NCBI GenBank assembly: GCA_963740315.1
Contig: CAVUDP010000002.1
Span: forward strand, 3,872,001 to 3,936,000
Source: an uncultured cyanobacterium
Lineage (GTDB): Bacteria > Cyanobacteriota > Cyanobacteriia > Cyanobacteriales > Nostocaceae
DNA: 64,000 nucleotides
Reading direction: 5' to 3'
Shown: piece after piece, positions 61,202 to 64,000 of the stretch
How the letters are laid out: each line of letters opens with the position of its first letter
Position numbering within the stretch: the first letter of the stretch is position 1
Position numbers and translations under genes: made by a program
The notes under the pieces: generated by a model
Seen by the model: the letters and a program-made list of their open reading frames with translations, nothing else
What the model was told of the DNA's origin: nothing
Databases searched by the model: none

Positions 61202-62116
61202 GTGAATCAGTATTATCCTGCCATCTTTTATCCGCGCTTAATACTCAAATTTTTGGCACAGAACCCAACACCAAATTCTAAGCGACATTTTGATAAAATT
61301 GATAGTAAGAAAATAAATTTACCGAACAAAGTAACGCATCACAACAGCTATGTTTTCAACAAAATATTTTATACATTGATTTGTCTAAATTTTTGTAGTT
61401 TTACTTATCTTTATTTCCTTGGTTTATATCCGCTTTGGCTAATTTTCATTATTTGGGCTTCTATTAACTTAGGGTGCTTATGTTTAATATCAAGCTTACC
61501 TAAACAACCAACGAGGAAAAATATTCCTAGTCATCTTGAGTTCAATACCAAAAAAGAAAATAAAGTAGTAATACGTCTACCGAAGCGTGAAGCAAAACTA
61601 CATCGTTGGCTGAATGGAAAAGTATTACAACCACTAGGTAAGAGTGATGCTCAGAGTGGTGTTTCTGAAAAAACTTTTTATCAAATTACTAAGCGCTTCT
61701 TTCCAAATATCGTTCAAGGAGTAGCATTTCATAATCCAAAATTTCGCCATCCTTACTCAGCAGATTTCTTAATAGTACATACAAGCGGTTTAAGCATCGA
61801 TATAGAAATTGACGAACCTTATGTAGGTAATACTAAAGAACCACATCATTGTATTGACCAAAGAAAAGATAATATTAGAAATAAATTTTTTAATAACAAT
61901 AATTGGGTGGTTATTCGCTTTAGTGAAAAGCAAGCTGTTAAATATCCTTATGGTTGTTGCAAAGTGATAGCTCAAGTTATTGCTAGAGTTTCAGGTGATT
62001 TTACTTTCTTGAATCAGTTAAATAATGTACCATCATTACCACCCGAACCCATGTGGACTATTAAGCAAGCGAAGAAGTGGGCTAGTGTTAATTACCGAAG
62101 AACTTATTTACCGTGA
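61202..62116 (+). CDS. Membrane-anchored DUF559/Vsr-like PD-(D/E)XK nuclease
   Basis: Two TMs, then SE..ADF..IDIEIDEPY..H..D..RN..WVVIRFSE. Confidence 0.7.
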   Translation: MNQYYPAIFYPRLILKFLAQNPTPNSKRHFDKIDSKKINLPNKVTHHNSYVFNKIFYTLICLNFCSFTYLYFLGLYPLWLIFIIWASINLGCLCLISSLPKQPTRKNIPSHLEFNTKKENKVVIRLPKREAKLHRWLNGKVLQPLGKSDAQSGVSEKTFYQITKRFFPNIVQGVAFHNPKFRHPYSADFLIVHTSGLSIDIEIDEPYVGNTKEPHHCIDQRKDNIRNKFFNNNNWVVIRFSEKQAVKYPYGCCKVIAQVIARVSGDFTFLNQLNNVPSLPPEPMWTIKQAKKWASVNYRRTYLP

Positions 62117-62189
62117 AAGAGGAGTGAGGGAGTGAGAGAGGGAGAGAGTGAGGGAAATTGATACAAGAATATTATGAAGGCACTAAATA

Positions 62190-63767
62190 ATGATGAATTT
62201 AAATAATTTACCATTACTATTTGACAGCAAACAAACTGTTGTTGCAATAGAAAGCCCTATTACTGAAAGATTTAAAATACTAGAGTTTATTCATGAATTA
62301 GCCCAAAATATTTGTTTACCATTGTATTTTTGGAATGAGGGCTATTCTAATTTACATCTGTTCAAGAATAATCGACAACTTATATCTACTCAGCACAAAT
62401 GTATTTCAGGATTAAATTGGTTATTACAAAATCCTGATATACCAGGAATATTTGTTTTTGAAGGTGTAATTTCACCTGATACTAAAATTGGTAAATTGTC
62501 TGGGCAAACAGAGATGATGCTAAGTAATTTAGTTTATGACTTAGCTGCAAATTCTGTTCCAAAATTTCTCATATGTATGGAAAGCTATGTTGAACTTCCT
62601 CACTCTTTAGCACCTTTAATTCCAACATTAATCAATCCGTTACCTAGTCCATCAGATATTAAAACCCTTGTTCAAAACTTTTGTGATACAAAATTTTCTA
62701 CAAATAATATTAAATCTGAAACTTTAGTCCGTACTTGTTTGGGTTTACCGCTTGGTGAATTAGAAATGTTACTGAAACGTTTATCTAGATTTACTAATAC
62801 CTTAGAAGAATTAATTGATGGAGTATTGGATTATAAGAAGAGCAAGCTAAAAGGTCAGGGTGTGGAGTTTATAAGCGAACCAGATGTACCGAACGCTGCT
62901 GGCTTAGACTTATTGTCAGAAATTTTAGAACGTGCTGCGGTACTACTTAAACCAGAAGCACAACAACATAACCTTAGCTTCCCAAAAGGTATGATTCTTT
63001 GGGGACCACCAGGAACGGGTAAATCTTTAAGTGCGAAATTGGCAGCGAAGAAAATGGGTGTCCCAATGGTTGCTGCTGATTGGGCTGGGTTACGGGGCGC
63101 TACTGCATACGAATCAAGGAAGAATTTACGAGAGTTTTTACAATTTTGTGATGCGAATGGAGAACATGGTTTAGTCCTCTACTTTGATGACTTCGAGAAG
63201 GGATTCGCTGGCTTCGATTCCGATTCGGACGGTGGTGTATCGCGTCAATTAGCGGGGAAACTGCTTACTTGGATGCAAGAGAGAACATCACAAGTGTTAG
63301 TTATGGCTACCGTTAATAGATTAGAGTTTCTACCTCCGGAATTGATACGCCGTTTTGATGAGATTATTTTCGTAGACCTACCCCATGCTGGAGCAAGGTA
63401 TGAGATATTCAAATTGCATTTAGCTAAATACTTTCCAGGTCTGGATTTTTGCGAAAAAGATTGGTTACGCTTGATAAGAGAGACGAAGCTACTTACTCCG
63501 GCAGAAATCGCGCTGATGGTGAGAAAAACGGCTGAGGAAGTATTTTATCGAAATACTCAAAAGTTTCTTACTTCTGAACTTGCAAAACAACCTTTAAATG
63601 TAAGCGTAAGGGATTTTTTAGAAACGCGATCGCAATTTACTCCCAGCATGATTCGGGAAGAAGATAAAATTGTGGAGATTCGTAATAAAGCTGCTTACGC
63701 TCGTCCGGCTGCATCACCAGATACAAGTAGGTGGGCTAAAGAACCGGAGGTTTTATTTGGCAGTTGA
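62190..63767 (+). CDS. AAA+ ATPase (Ycf46-like)
   Basis: GPPGTGKS, YFDDFEK, ATVNR..LPPELIRRFDE; paralog of 16940-18508. Confidence 0.9.
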   Translation: MMNLNNLPLLFDSKQTVVAIESPITERFKILEFIHELAQNICLPLYFWNEGYSNLHLFKNNRQLISTQHKCISGLNWLLQNPDIPGIFVFEGVISPDTKIGKLSGQTEMMLSNLVYDLAANSVPKFLICMESYVELPHSLAPLIPTLINPLPSPSDIKTLVQNFCDTKFSTNNIKSETLVRTCLGLPLGELEMLLKRLSRFTNTLEELIDGVLDYKKSKLKGQGVEFISEPDVPNAAGLDLLSEILERAAVLLKPEAQQHNLSFPKGMILWGPPGTGKSLSAKLAAKKMGVPMVAADWAGLRGATAYESRKNLREFLQFCDANGEHGLVLYFDDFEKGFAGFDSDSDGGVSRQLAGKLLTWMQERTSQVLVMATVNRLEFLPPELIRRFDEIIFVDLPHAGARYEIFKLHLAKYFPGLDFCEKDWLRLIRETKLLTPAEIALMVRKTAEEVFYRNTQKFLTSELAKQPLNVSVRDFLETRSQFTPSMIREEDKIVEIRNKAAYARPAASPDTSRWAKEPEVLFGS

Positions 63768-63828
63768 AAAGTATCAAGTGGAATACTTTTAAGTTCAGCA
63801 TCCACTTGTTGCAAGCAAGCTAGTTTTA

Positions 63829-64000
63829 CTATTGAGTATTTTCTCTTACCGTTTCTACATCTAAATCGAGAGATTCTGCAATTTGTTCAATACTTAAACC
63901 TAGCTTAATTAGTTTAGGAATTGTCTCCAGCTTATTTTTGAGAATTCCTTCCTCTACTCCTTCTTGATAAACTTTACTTTTCTTCAAAGAATCTAAGTTC
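63829..64000 (-). CDS. C-terminal end of an Rpn-family protein (runs off the window)
   Basis: LKKSKVYQEGVEEG..IPKLIKLGLSIEQIAESLDLDVETVR-stop. Confidence 0.7.
   Translation of the reverse strand, partial: NLDSLKKSKVYQEGVEEGILKNKLETIPKLIKLGLSIEQIAESLDLDVETVRENTQ

Noticed and set aside
4365..61975. Many short ORFs antisense to or overlapping long genes (e.g. 6157-6447, 21131-21529, 24626-25000, 32376-32771, 37395-37763)
   Set aside because: They lie within better-supported CDSs or repeat regions and have no recognisable motifs

Overview
AT-rich DNA from a cyanobacterium (at least 14 HIP1 GCGATCGC octamers and STRR-type short repeats suggest a filamentous one), consisting essentially of integrative/conjugative mobile DNA. 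Left segment (1-48316): small leading-region-like genes; a phage-type N6-adenine methyltransferase carrying a 126-bp hairpin-containing tandem array; a 1265-aa two-barrel (cellular RdRP/YonO-like, DFDGD) polymerase; ParM/ParR-like and MobD-like genes; a MOBV relaxase; a cyanobacterial-type T4SS cluster with VirD4 and an AAA+ ATPase; an initiator gene with internal palindromic iterons plus dnaB; and cargo (tnpB split by IS630, a SNF2 helicase pair, two divergent HNH modules, Rpn-like genes). At 48272-48316 the 3' part of tRNA-Phe(GAA), flanked on both sides by integrase arm-like repeats, marks an att junction. It is followed by a frameshifted tyrosine integrase, an excisionase-like gene and a second, divergent T4SS cluster with its own AAA+ ATPase. 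The most striking candidate system is the element-borne RdRP-like polymerase, together with a conserved GGTGCTAGGGG...CCCCTAGCACC hairpin found six times in the adjacent methyltransferase gene and once downstream of dnaB. All family assignments come from motif recognition by eye; no database searches were run.
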